A stretch of DNA of 64,000 bases from Candidatus Hydrogenedentota bacterium (GTDB lineage: Bacteria; Hydrogenedentota; Hydrogenedentia; Hydrogenedentales; SLHB01). The position numbers and the translations under genes were made by a program. The stretch covers positions 1 to 64,000 of the forward strand of contig CAXXTH010000014.1 in assembly GCA_963668025.2 (NCBI GenBank), in the 5' to 3' direction. Shown piece by piece: positions 48,413 to 58,514 of this stretch. The notes under the pieces were generated by a model that saw nothing but the letters and a program-made list of their open reading frames with translations, ran no database searches and had not been told where the DNA came from. How positions within the stretch are numbered: position 1 is the first letter of the stretch; every line of letters starts with the position of its first letter.

Positions 48413-49303
48413 TCAAAGAGACGTGTATTTCTCCGCAAAGCTCAAGACTTTCTCTTGTACACTTAAGTCCATGTCAATCCACATGGCCTTTTCAGTGGCG
48501 TCTTGAGATGTGGAATCAGGATGTTTCGCTACCCACTCAGCTTTGCGCTCGCTATCAAACTGTTTGAATTGCGCCAGCACGTCTTTTTGCGCTTGCGTTA
48601 GGGACGATTGCTGGGCCGTATCGCCTGCAATCGTGCGCAGAAAACGCCTGCACGCAAAGGCAAGCATTGCGGAATGGGAATTGGATATAAACTCTTTCGG
48701 ACGAGAATTGGGGTCTTTTCCGGCTCGTTTGAGAGCTTCTTGCGTTTCTTTATAAAGCGCATCTTGCTGGCGCTGATACATTTTGACCAAGAGCGGCAAC
48801 GTGTCGCCGCGCTCATCCAAAAGACCCAATAGATACGCATATGATACGGCGCTCAGTGGGTACGCGACAGAAGAGCTGAGTTCATAGCCGGAAAAACCTC
48901 CTTCTTCATTGTATACAACCGGAGGCAACAAAGGGGCTTCATTTGTATAGAAATTACACATTTCTATTAGACATGCTTTTAGTTTTTCTTTTTCCTCCGG
49001 CGCTCCTTCACGCGCGATATGTAGTAATTTCCGTATGCGCGGCAAGCGTTCCATGCTAGCCAAACATCCCATGAAATTATCTGATCCCAAAGATATCTCA
49101 ACGGGCAAGACGGGCTGCTTGACGAAAATATTGCGGACAGTATCCGCCACAGTCTCACTGGCGGCTTCCGCAGCTTCTTGTTGTAGAAGGTCACTCGCGG
49201 GGGTTCCAGGATCAGGCTTCAATGAAGAACCAGAAAGCTGGGCGCTGGATGGCCATACAAGGAGCAGACATATCAAACATCCTAAAGTCAATGTTCTAAT
49301 CAT
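48413..49303 (-). CDS. Secreted hypothetical protein
   Basis: GGAG RBS and signal peptide MIRTLTLGCLICLLLVWPSSA|Q. No recognised domain. Confidence 0.7.
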   Translation of the reverse strand: MIRTLTLGCLICLLLVWPSSAQLSGSSLKPDPGTPASDLLQQEAAEAASETVADTVRNIFVKQPVLPVEISLGSDNFMGCLASMERLPRIRKLLHIAREGAPEEKEKLKACLIEMCNFYTNEAPLLPPVVYNEEGGFSGYELSSSVAYPLSAVSYAYLLGLLDERGDTLPLLVKMYQRQQDALYKETQEALKRAGKDPNSRPKEFISNSHSAMLAFACRRFLRTIAGDTAQQSSLTQAQKDVLAQFKQFDSERKAEWVAKHPDSTSQDATEKAMWIDMDLSVQEKVLSFAEKYTSL

Positions 49304-49613
49304 CTTACGCTCTCCCTTCTTTTCGTTGCCTTTCTCTACTAGGAACGATTCCATAATAACCAGAAATATAAAAAAGTCAAGAACTTATTTGAACAAACAT
49401 TTTACTATGACGGTAAAATTCAATATAACTGAAGTTAGTGCTAAAACAGATAAAGTTGATTTTTGTTGTTGATAATAGCGGGAAATATGCGGGCTTCTTG
49501 AGCAAATTTACACGGTTCTGACGTGATACGTTCGAGGACACGCGAAAGGCCGCGCTCCGTCTCAGCCTTGATAGCTTCTACGGCCTAGACGGAACTCAGG
49601 CTTCTTCTTTACA

Positions 49614-51161
49614 TCATGACGCCGCCTTGCTCTTTCCTCCCAGAATGCACAGTACGAAGCAGAACGGGCTGACGGCGACATATATCCATGGCCACGCCAG
49701 CTTGAAATGACACCATTCCGGGATTTGACCGGGCTGCAACAGCCACACGGCCAAGGCCCCCAGGAAGAGGGCTGTGAGTACGCTATAGGTATTACCGCGT
49801 TTGGTGAACAGTGCGGTGCAAAACACCCCCAGCAGCGGGGCCAGCGAGTAGGCCATGATTGACAGTGCGAAGTTGATAAGCGTTTCAGTATTTTCATCAT
49901 AGGCATACGTGGCTACTAGCGCGAAGGCCGTGAGCAGGAATCCCATGAGGGCCACCGCGATGCGCGGTGCGTGCAGATTGTGCTTATGCGCCCATTCCTC
50001 GTCTTCTTTACCTGCCCGCCAAGCTTTCCACGGGATATACAAGTCCGCGATGGCCGTGCTGGCCATGGCGTTGATGGCCGAGTTAAATGATCCCATGGCG
50101 GCGGCGCATAGGCCCGCCATGGCCAAACCGCGGACGCCTATGGGAAGGTGGTTCAGTAAAAACTGGGGATAGACATTCTTGGTTGATTGGACCACATCCA
50201 GCGGCGCGGCCGCGCCCATCAGGTCCGGCCGTCCGTAGTAGACATGCAGCAGCAGGCCAATTGTTAAAAACAACATGACGATGGGAATGCCGAGCAGTTT
50301 CGAGGAAATCAGCGCCACACCGCCATGAAACGCCGAGCGCGTGGTTAGCATGCGCTGGGCGAGGTCATGGTCCGCGCCATATGTGGCGGAGGACATGAAG
50401 GTGGACGCGATTATGCCGGTCCAAATGGTGAAATCCAGCCCAAAATCAAACCGCGTATCCACGATCATCAGTTTATTCACGCCATTGGAATCGCGCAACG
50501 CGGTCCATAATTGGTCCACGGGAACTGGAATGGCTTTGAGCAGTAAATAAATGCTCAGAAAGGCCGACATCACCACGATTGTGATCTGGACGGTTTCCGT
50601 CCAAATCACCGCGCGGACGCCTCCGCTCATGGTGTATAACGTTCCGACGAAGCCAAGCAAAATCACCGCCATGGCCATCTCGTTCTTCTGGGTGCTCCCA
50701 TACAGCATCAGCGAGAATCCAATACCCGCCATGAAGTGCCGCGCCCCCGAAGCGAGCAGCCGCCCGAACAGAAACATAGCGCTCACCGCCATCATGGAAG
50801 GTTTCCCGAACCTCTTGCCCAAAAAACCATAAATAGTGATGGTGCCCGCATGGAAGATGGGGGGGATGAACAGATAGGCCACGAGAAACGCCGATATTAC
50901 CTCGCCGATGTTCATAATCAGATAGGTGAGGTTTCCATTGAAGGACATCTGCGGCGCGCCGAAAAATGTAGCCGCGCTCAAAGTTGTCGCCAGAACCGAC
51001 AAGGTCACGGCCCATATCGGCATGCTCCGCCCGCCTAGAAAAAACGTGCTCGAGTCCTGCTGGCGGCGGGAAACGTAAAACCCAATGGCCATTATCGCCA
51101 CGAAATATCCAATGATGACCATCCAGTCAATTGCACCAAACACACTTGTGGATTCCTGCAT
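49614..51161 (-). CDS. Sodium:solute symporter family transporter
   Basis: FFLGGRSMP, SAATF, YTMSGGVRAVIWT, DHDLAQR.L, SAINAMA. Confidence 0.92.
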   Translation of the reverse strand: MQESTSVFGAIDWMVIIGYFVAIMAIGFYVSRRQQDSSTFFLGGRSMPIWAVTLSVLATTLSAATFFGAPQMSFNGNLTYLIMNIGEVISAFLVAYLFIPPIFHAGTITIYGFLGKRFGKPSMMAVSAMFLFGRLLASGARHFMAGIGFSLMLYGSTQKNEMAMAVILLGFVGTLYTMSGGVRAVIWTETVQITIVVMSAFLSIYLLLKAIPVPVDQLWTALRDSNGVNKLMIVDTRFDFGLDFTIWTGIIASTFMSSATYGADHDLAQRMLTTRSAFHGGVALISSKLLGIPIVMLFLTIGLLLHVYYGRPDLMGAAAPLDVVQSTKNVYPQFLLNHLPIGVRGLAMAGLCAAAMGSFNSAINAMASTAIADLYIPWKAWRAGKEDEEWAHKHNLHAPRIAVALMGFLLTAFALVATYAYDENTETLINFALSIMAYSLAPLLGVFCTALFTKRGNTYSVLTALFLGALAVWLLQPGQIPEWCHFKLAWPWIYVAVSPFCFVLCILGGKSKAAS

Positions 51162-51185
51162 TATTCCTCCGGTTTTGGACGTGTG

Positions 51186-52160
51186 TTACGCGAAATGATC
51201 AAATCCATCTAAATCCGCTTCTTTTCCATCCAGGCGCACGCCCTGCCATTGGTCGGTGAACTCGCCAATAATGGAAATATCCGTGCGGAATTCATGGTGG
51301 AAATCTTCGAGCGTCCGTTCGTGCTGCCCGGGGCTCATGGCGAACGCCAGTTCATAATCTTCACCTCCTGTGAGGACGAATTGGCGGGGATCTAATAATT
51401 GCATCGTACAATAGTCTTGAAGTTCTGATGATATAGGAAGCTGGGACGCATGCAGATTCACTCCCAGCCCTGATGCATCGGCCAGATGGCCCGCATCCTG
51501 GGCCAAGCCGTCACTAACATCGATCATGGCATGCACGGCAGGATGGGCGCACAACCATTGGCCCTCGGGAATTCGCGGGCGCGGCTGCCGATGGGCCCGC
51601 GCCAGCGCTTCCGCCGCGACGCCGTGCTCAAGCGCGTGGAATCCCGCCGCGGATAAGCCCGGAAGCCCCGTGACCATGAGCAAATCGCCCGCCTGGGCGC
51701 CTTTTCGCCGGAGATACCGGTTACTGACCGCCAGCCCCGCCACGAACACATCCACCGTTAACGGCCCCACGGTGCTGGTAGTGTCGCCTCCCACCACTAC
51801 CGCTCCGAAACGGCTCAACACATTCGAAATGCCTTGATATAAATCCTCGACCCACTGGGCGCTGGTATCCTCCTGGCAGGCTAAGGAAACCAGGCAAAAC
51901 AGCGGCGACCCTCCCATGGCGGCAATATCGCTCATGGCGGATGCGGCGGCTTTCCAGCCGATATCCTCGGCGGTGGCGTGGCGTTTTCGAAAATGGACAT
52001 CTTCAATAAACAAATCACTGGTGACGAGTAATAGGCGGTCGCCCACGCGCACCACGGCGCAATCATCGCCAATGCCTTCGACCACATACGGCGCTTTAGG
52101 CAGCAAACGCGCCAAGCGCCCGATCAAGCCGAATTCACCTATTTCCCGAACGGTTCGCAC
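51186..52160 (-). CDS. thiL: Thiamine-monophosphate kinase
   Basis: GEFGLI, GIGDDCAV, SDIAAMGG, GGDT, IDVSDGL, GGEDYEL. Confidence 0.96.
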   Translation of the reverse strand: MRTVREIGEFGLIGRLARLLPKAPYVVEGIGDDCAVVRVGDRLLLVTSDLFIEDVHFRKRHATAEDIGWKAAASAMSDIAAMGGSPLFCLVSLACQEDTSAQWVEDLYQGISNVLSRFGAVVVGGDTTSTVGPLTVDVFVAGLAVSNRYLRRKGAQAGDLLMVTGLPGLSAAGFHALEHGVAAEALARAHRQPRPRIPEGQWLCAHPAVHAMIDVSDGLAQDAGHLADASGLGVNLHASQLPISSELQDYCTMQLLDPRQFVLTGGEDYELAFAMSPGQHERTLEDFHHEFRTDISIIGEFTDQWQGVRLDGKEADLDGFDHFA

Positions 52161-53041
52161 AATACACTCTCTTCCAGTAAACGCCACGCACGCGGGATAG
52201 CGTTTACTACATCCCGAGCAATCATTCCCCGCTGCGTCATTTCCTCGGCGGCGATATCACCCGCCAGTCCATGCACATACACTCCAATACGGGCCGCATC
52301 AAAGGCGGACATGCCTTGCGCCAACAACCCGCCAATCAAGCCGGATAACACATCACCTGTGCCGCCCGTACCCATGCCGCTGTTCCCTGTCGGATTCACG
52401 CAGCAGGAGCCTCCAGGTTCCGCTACCACCGTGCGGTGGCCTTTCAAGACTAATACGCAACGATGGCGCTCCGCGAAGCGCAAGGCAATGCCTTCGCGGT
52501 CTTTTTGCACTTGTGTTGGCGTGGTTCCCGTCAAACGCGCCATTTCTCCTGGATGAGGTGTCAATACTCTCACGTTTTCCGGCGCATCCAATGGCGATAA
52601 ATCGCGGCTCAACGCATTAAGCCCGTCCGCGTCAATGAGCAGCGGCGCTGCGCACCGCCGCACGAATTCCTCTACAAACCGCCGCGTATCGGGATGGAGC
52701 GATAAACCCGGCCCGAGGACAACCGCTTGTTTCGTATCCGCGAAGGCCAGCGCAGGCGCCAGCGCCGCATATGCAAGCGTTTCACCGCCCGTAAACGGCA
52801 AAGGCAGCGTCATGGCCTCGAGCAACCCCGCGGCCACCACATCGCCCAAAGGCTGGGGAACGCCGGCCGTCACCAGCCCTACGCCGGAACGTGACGCCGC
52901 TTCAGCCGCGAGCTTTGCTGCGCCAGTAAAACCTCGTGAACCCGCCAAAATAAACACGTGTCCAAATGCGCCTTTGTGGCCCTCTGGCGGCCTCGCTGGC
53001 AGTAAGCTTCCCACCATCTGCGCCGAAAGCTCTTGCGTCAT
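52139..53041 (-). CDS. nnrD: ADP-dependent NAD(P)H-hydrate dehydratase (stand-alone)
   Basis: HKGAFG, GPGL, IDADGLN, LTPHPGEMARL, LKG, GTGGTGDVLSG. Confidence 0.93.
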   Translation of the reverse strand: MTQELSAQMVGSLLPARPPEGHKGAFGHVFILAGSRGFTGAAKLAAEAASRSGVGLVTAGVPQPLGDVVAAGLLEAMTLPLPFTGGETLAYAALAPALAFADTKQAVVLGPGLSLHPDTRRFVEEFVRRCAAPLLIDADGLNALSRDLSPLDAPENVRVLTPHPGEMARLTGTTPTQVQKDREGIALRFAERHRCVLVLKGHRTVVAEPGGSCCVNPTGNSGMGTGGTGDVLSGLIGGLLAQGMSAFDAARIGVYVHGLAGDIAAEEMTQRGMIARDVVNAIPRAWRLLEESVLCEPFGK

Positions 53042-53310
53042 ACACACCCCCTTGAATGAGCCCCTATTGTAACGAAATATGCACCCAAATTGAATAGGCC
53101 TTAACTGGGCCGAAAAAAAACACAAGAGACGCTGATTCCGGCTCATACGAGAGGCCCGGTTTACCTTGAATCCTATTTCACGCGAAGCCGCCAAGCACGC
53201 GAAGATTTTTAAAGCGAACGGCAGGAATGCCTCCGTGCATCCTATATCCGATCTTGCGTCTTCTGGTGGCCAATACGCGAAAAAAGAAGCATCTAGAAAC
53301 AAGGGTAATC

Positions 53311-53505
53311 ACATCAAAAACTACTCCGAATTGGCCTCAAGAGACACAAAAGAGGCAAGAATCAATTCATTTTTTGTGTCTTGTGCGCCTTTTGTGGCCC
53401 ATTCTCCAGAAATGTGGGGAATGGCGTTCTAGATATGTTTGGACAAACAAACTCAAATACTCTGATGAGAGGGGAAAGCACCGCTTTTTTAATGCGAGTG
53501 CTCTG
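53311..53505. repeat. ~190-bp dispersed repeat, copy 2
   Basis: Colinear with 23235-23425. Confidence 0.9.
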
Positions 53506-53585
53506 CTCTTAAAACCTTTTACAGCAGCCGGGCAAGCATGATATCGTTATGTAGGACGCAATCAACGAATCGAGGGAAATGAACC

Positions 53586-54503
53586 ATGTACTACGGCAAC
53601 GCATCTGAACAGGCCGGCATCTCTATCGCCCAGCGCCTCACGCTCCTGGCTGTGGCGGTATCCGTTCTTCTCTCCCAAGGATGCGCCACCACGACGGGGC
53701 AAGACCTGAATTTGCTTTCGCCCCAAGAGGAGGCGCAGATCGGAAAGCAGTTTTCGGCGGAAGTCGAAAAAGAGAGTAAAGTATTGCAAAATCCCGCCAT
53801 TCAAGCGTATGTCCAGCGCGTGGGCCAGCGATTGGCCGCTATGTCTCCCCGGCAAAACGACGTGCAATATACCTTCGAGGTGATTGATGCCCCCGATACG
53901 GTCAATGCGTTTGCGCTGCCGGGCGGATACATCTACGTGTACACTGGACTGCTGCGGCTTTGTGAAAACGAAGCCGAGCTGGCGGCTGTAATGGCCCACG
54001 AGATCGGCCATGTCGCCGCGTACCATCATGGCGAAGCCATCACCCGGCAAGTGGGATTCAGCATGCTTGCCGAACTTGCCTTGGGAGAAAACCCAGGCGC
54101 GGCGGCGCAAGTCCTGTCCACTTTAGTGGGAAATGGCGTCGGCGCGGCGTATAGCCGGGAACAGGAACGCCAGGCGGACCAGCTTGGCATGGATATCCTC
54201 GTGCGCGCGGGATACCGTCCAGACGCCATGGTCACGTTCATGCAAAAACTGCAAGCCGAAGACCAGAAGAGCGGCGGGTCGGCGGCGGGGCTGCCTATCT
54301 TCGCCTCCCATCCCCCCACCGACGAACGCTTGCAGCGCCTCCAAATGCAATTGCAACAATACCCGGCGCCGGGATGGGCGAATGCCGACCTTAACGAAAA
54401 GGGCTATCAGAAGGATATAGTTAAACCTTTAGGGGGCAGCCCGCCTAAAGAACAGCCTGGAACCTGGAAGGTGCTAAAGAAAGAGTCTGGGCGCGTCCAA
54501 TAG
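53586..54503 (+). CDS. M48 metallopeptidase lipoprotein
   Basis: LSQG|C lipobox, NAFALPGG, HEIGH, YSREQE..AD, SHP. Confidence 0.93.
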   Translation: MYYGNASEQAGISIAQRLTLLAVAVSVLLSQGCATTTGQDLNLLSPQEEAQIGKQFSAEVEKESKVLQNPAIQAYVQRVGQRLAAMSPRQNDVQYTFEVIDAPDTVNAFALPGGYIYVYTGLLRLCENEAELAAVMAHEIGHVAAYHHGEAITRQVGFSMLAELALGENPGAAAQVLSTLVGNGVGAAYSREQERQADQLGMDILVRAGYRPDAMVTFMQKLQAEDQKSGGSAAGLPIFASHPPTDERLQRLQMQLQQYPAPGWANADLNEKGYQKDIVKPLGGSPPKEQPGTWKVLKKESGRVQ

Positions 54504-54517
54504 CGCCGTTTGGCCCA

Positions 54518-55372
54518 TCAGGAATAGTGCATCGAGTTTCTGCGCTGATATATCCGCTGCAGGAAGCGGCTGGGCAGCAGGCGCGTCCCGGAGAGCACCC
54601 ACGCCAGGAGAAATGCACGGGGACGCTGTAGCAAAGGATACAACGATACCGCGCGCAGCCGGACCGAGAGATCATTTATAAATGGACGCCAGCCGCCGCG
54701 CTTGCGCCAAAACTCGGGCTGGATATGCATGTCGCAAAGGTATTCCGCTTGATTGCGCAGCACATAGCCCCGTTTCAGCAGGCGCACCCATAACTCATAA
54801 TCTTCCGCTACTCGGTAATCCTCCCGGTACGGATTCCGTTTAAAGACTTTGGCGTATCCCATGACGCTTGGATTATTCATGGGAGAGAACCAAATAGCGG
54901 AAGCCTTTATATCAGAAGGAGTTAGTGGCATTTGCTTCCCGCCAAGCGCCTCGCCGTCTGGCCCAATATATCGTACGAATGAGCCCGCAAGGCTTGCCCG
55001 CGTTCCTGACAAAAAAGCGGCCTGTGCTTTTATGCGGTCCGGATGCGAAACGTCATCGGCGTCCGCAATGGCGATCAAAACACCCCGGGCTTCCGCGATG
55101 CCCGAATTGCGGGCAGCCCCCGGGCCGCCATTGCGGGTGCGTGGAACAATGCGCACTCGAGTATCTTCGACGCTCAGGTCTTCCAAGAAATCGCGCGTGT
55201 CCAAATCCACGGGGCCATCCAGCACCACCAGCAATTCGAGCCGGGGATAGGTCTGCCCCAATATGCTTGCAATCGCTTGGCGGAGCAGCGACGCATCATC
55301 ATCCTGGTGGGTGGCCATCACCACCGACACAAGCGGAGGAGGCGTCTGTTTCTTGTCATGTCCCTGTGTCAT
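54518..55372 (-). CDS. Family 2 glycosyltransferase
   Basis: VSVVM, SILGQTY, VLDG, ARN.G, DADD, EDYELW. Confidence 0.92.
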   Translation of the reverse strand: MTQGHDKKQTPPPLVSVVMATHQDDDASLLRQAIASILGQTYPRLELLVVLDGPVDLDTRDFLEDLSVEDTRVRIVPRTRNGGPGAARNSGIAEARGVLIAIADADDVSHPDRIKAQAAFLSGTRASLAGSFVRYIGPDGEALGGKQMPLTPSDIKASAIWFSPMNNPSVMGYAKVFKRNPYREDYRVAEDYELWVRLLKRGYVLRNQAEYLCDMHIQPEFWRKRGGWRPFINDLSVRLRAVSLYPLLQRPRAFLLAWVLSGTRLLPSRFLQRIYQRRNSMHYS

Positions 55373-56616
55373 GATGTAGCCTTTGCACGTTTCCTGGCGT
55401 CAAAACGCGCCATGGCCTTGGTATAACCTGCTTCAATGCACACTCCGGTCTTTTCCCAGCCATACCTGTTTTTTACCATTTTCCGCGCCGCTTCACCTAA
55501 TCGGTTACGTTCCTCCGCATCATCCATTAGGCGCATGATGGCATTGGCCATGTCCCCGGGCGTATCCGCCAGGCAAATATCGTGGCCATGCGTGCAATCC
55601 AGGCCTTCCGCACCAATAGTAGTAGAAACAACCGCTTTTCCCATGGCCATGGCTTCCAGGATTTTAAGCCGCGTGCCGCCGCCGATGCGCAGCGGCGCTA
55701 CAACAACCTGCGCCTGGCCCACATAAGGCCGCACATCATCCACTGTGCCGGTCACTATCACGCCCGGAGAGGCAAGGGCCTGTACTCGGCGAACGGGAGC
55801 GCGTCCAACCAATAATAATCTGGCGTTTGGTTTTTGGCGGATTATATGGGGAAAGACATCTTGTACGAAATAACAAGTCCCGTCGATATTTTGCGTGGCG
55901 TCCATGGAGGCGCAAAACGCCAGCGTTTCCGGCGTCTCCGGCCCTTGCCATGGGGTGAAATATTCCCAATCAACCCCATTGGGGCACGTAATGGCGCACG
56001 CTTCCGGTGAACGCAGCATGGCGGCGTTCCGTTCCTCTTCCGAACAAAAGGATACGGCGTCGTAATGCCGATGCACTTCGGGTTCAAGCCGCTTCATTAG
56101 ATGCGCTTGGCGTCGTGCAAAGACCCGGCGCGGTAAAAAACGCGGCTGCGCATCCGCATAACGGCTCCAAAGCCGGTCATTGAGGTTATGACAGTCAAAA
56201 TACCGGGCCACATGCTCAAAAAGCGGGTAGTATTGCGCCGTATGCAGAAAATGGGCATGTACAAGGTCTATGGCGTTTCCACGAAGCATTTGGGAAATCG
56301 CCGCGCCGAACTCGGGAAACAGAAAATTCGCCAGTGTATAAGGCTGCCGCCCCGCCATCGAACGCAAACCATGCATTGCGCGGCGGGGGAGGCCTACTGG
56401 CCGTTCCACCAAACGCACGCCGCAAGCCCATTCATGCAAGGCCTCTATATGCTCGGGCGCGGGAATATCCTGGGGGGTATGCATCGCAAGAAAAACGACC
56501 CGGTGCCGCTTGGCTACTTCCCGCAACACATGCCATACCCGAAGCGCCCCGCCATGCCGCGCCGGATAGGGAAAGACAGTGGATACCATCAAAACATTCA
56601 TCAAGCGCCCCTGCAC
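55369..56616 (-). CDS. Family 4 glycosyltransferase
   Basis: PNGVD, GGGTRLKILEAMAMGKAVVST. Confidence 0.92.
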   Translation of the reverse strand: MQGRLMNVLMVSTVFPYPARHGGALRVWHVLREVAKRHRVVFLAMHTPQDIPAPEHIEALHEWACGVRLVERPVGLPRRAMHGLRSMAGRQPYTLANFLFPEFGAAISQMLRGNAIDLVHAHFLHTAQYYPLFEHVARYFDCHNLNDRLWSRYADAQPRFLPRRVFARRQAHLMKRLEPEVHRHYDAVSFCSEEERNAAMLRSPEACAITCPNGVDWEYFTPWQGPETPETLAFCASMDATQNIDGTCYFVQDVFPHIIRQKPNARLLLVGRAPVRRVQALASPGVIVTGTVDDVRPYVGQAQVVVAPLRIGGGTRLKILEAMAMGKAVVSTTIGAEGLDCTHGHDICLADTPGDMANAIMRLMDDAEERNRLGEAARKMVKNRYGWEKTGVCIEAGYTKAMARFDARKRAKATS

Positions 56617-56622
56617 CTGTCT

Positions 56623-57168
56623 TTATTGAAAATAACGCCCCACTTCCAGGGTATATTCGAGCTGGCGCGTACGCCCGCCTATACGACGGGCGGGAACGCC
56701 CGCCACGACAACATACGGCGGCACATCGCGCGTCACCACGCTTCCCGCCGCCACCACCGCGCCTTCGCCAATGCGCACACCAGGTAAAATCATGGCGCGT
56801 GAATAGATGCAGGCGCGGTCTTCAATCACCACCGGCCCCCGCACGGCGCGGTAATCTGGGGCATTAATGTCATGGCTCAACGTAAAAATCGCCGCTTCCA
56901 TGGCGATGTCCACATTATTTCCAATTGTAAGCCCGCCACGTCCATCCAGAATGCATCGGGCATTGACGAGCGTATGTTCGCCAATCGCCACGCCATACGG
57001 CTTGTCCAGGAACACTCCCATATGAATGCACGAACCGCGTCCAAGCCGGACCCGGATGAGATGGCGATAGAGAAAACACCGAAGGCTATTGAATGGAATG
57101 CGCGCGACACATCCATTCGCCATGGCTTGGTACAACATCAATAGGATTGTTTTCCATTTCCCAGCCAT
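56623..57168 (-). CDS. Hexapeptide-repeat O-acyltransferase
   Basis: LDGRGGLTIG, ILPGVRIGEGAVVAAGSVVTRDV, AGVPAR. Confidence 0.92.
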   Translation of the reverse strand: MAGKWKTILLMLYQAMANGCVARIPFNSLRCFLYRHLIRVRLGRGSCIHMGVFLDKPYGVAIGEHTLVNARCILDGRGGLTIGNNVDIAMEAAIFTLSHDINAPDYRAVRGPVVIEDRACIYSRAMILPGVRIGEGAVVAAGSVVTRDVPPYVVVAGVPARRIGGRTRQLEYTLEVGRYFQ

Positions 57169-57387
57169 GGCGTATTTCCCGTGTGTAGGCCGAAACCGCA
57201 CTAACAAATCGCTTTTCGGCCACATGGTAGCATAAGCATCCGGGGAAATGTATGCAGCCAAAACGTGTCAAGTAACAGGAGCAAACCTATGCCCATCCAT
57301 CGGAAATGGGCCTGTTTGCGTAAAATTCAATCAATTGATTATCAGTGTCATCTGTGGATCAAAATAACTTCAGATTTCAAAGTAGTT

Positions 57388-57430
57388 GTAGGGTGGGGCT
57401 TGCCCCACCGCTCAGGACGGTGCGCCCTAC
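57388..57430 (+). repeat. GTAG-type REP-like element
   Basis: gtagggtggggcttgccccaccgctcaggacggtgcgccctac. The first 27 bp are the reverse complement of 12051-12077. Confidence 0.8.
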
Positions 57431-57600
57431 GTTTTTTTGTAAAATCACTTGGAGTACGGCGGCTTGCTGCCGCTTTTGGGATGCGGACTTTGTTGTTAGT
57501 ACACCGATTGTTATTACCGCGTCCTTACCCGGCGAATTCGGTATGTAGCCAACATCTGCCGGATTTGGGTGTTAAGGGCGAATTAAGGTAGCATAGAGAA

Positions 57601-58113
57601 ATGGATGAAATACATGACAACCCAATCGAAACGGAATCCGACGAACTGGTGATCGTGATGTGCTGCCGGTGCGGCCATCCGAATCTGGAATTCCGCAATC
57701 ATTGCCGCCGGTGTGGAGCGCCGCTCCGAGGTTCGTCCAACTTGATTCCCGGAGTGGAATTGTTCGAGTGGACCGCCACGGATGGGCCCCATCGCCAGTA
57801 TCGCCCCGCTGCTTCTGGCTGGCCATTGCTGATGCTCATCGCGGCATGTTTCGCCATTCTGTCCTTTTTGCTGGCGGGCATGCCAAACGCGGCCTTTCTA
57901 GCTGTTCCATGCGTGCTGGTGGTTGGCATCATCTATTGGGTTCACCGGCGCAAAAATAACCTGGAAGACTCCGATGAAATGGAAAACGCGGAAGAGCCGG
58001 TATCTCCAGATACGGGCGATTGCTGTGCGGCATGCGGAGCTGCCATTGAATCCATAGATGACATCTGTGCGGCATGCGGCGCGGTTGTAGCCTCGGATAT
58101 CCAGGACGCTTAG
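57601..58113 (+). CDS. Membrane protein with two double-CxxC zinc ribbons
   Basis: CRC...CRRCG, two TM segments, then CAACG...CAACG. Confidence 0.8.
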   Translation: MDEIHDNPIETESDELVIVMCCRCGHPNLEFRNHCRRCGAPLRGSSNLIPGVELFEWTATDGPHRQYRPAASGWPLLMLIAACFAILSFLLAGMPNAAFLAVPCVLVVGIIYWVHRRKNNLEDSDEMENAEEPVSPDTGDCCAACGAAIESIDDICAACGAVVASDIQDA

Positions 58114-58130
58114 CACGGAAGGAAATCATC

Positions 58131-58508
58131 ATGTGGCTTGTCATGGCGCTTGGCATGTGGTTTCTCATGCTTATCATCGCCGTCTGTTCTGGCGCCGTGC
58201 GAGAGAAATGGCTTGTCCCCGTGCTGGGCGAACAACGGGCTCATCAGGTGGGGACGCTGTTGGTTTGCGGTGTTTTCGTGGCGGCCATCACGGCATTCAT
58301 GCGCGTTCAACCTCCGATGTCCATGCGCCAAGCCTCTTTGCTTGGCCTTGCCTGGATGTGCCTTACTATTGCGTTTGAAGCAGGCTTTTTCCATTATGCC
58401 GCTGGCAAGCCTTGGAGCGCCTTGCTGGCGGATTACCGTGTCGATAAAGGGAGGCTCTGGCCGCTTGTGCTGCTCACGCTGCTAATAACGCCCATCCTGG
58501 CCCGGTAA
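58131..58508 (+). CDS. Small 4-TM hypothetical membrane protein
   Basis: AAGGA RBS; W..LT.AFE...W..LLADY....GRLW. Confidence 0.75.
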   Translation: MWLVMALGMWFLMLIIAVCSGAVREKWLVPVLGEQRAHQVGTLLVCGVFVAAITAFMRVQPPMSMRQASLLGLAWMCLTIAFEAGFFHYAAGKPWSALLADYRVDKGRLWPLVLLTLLITPILAR

Positions 58509-58514
58509 CGCCCG

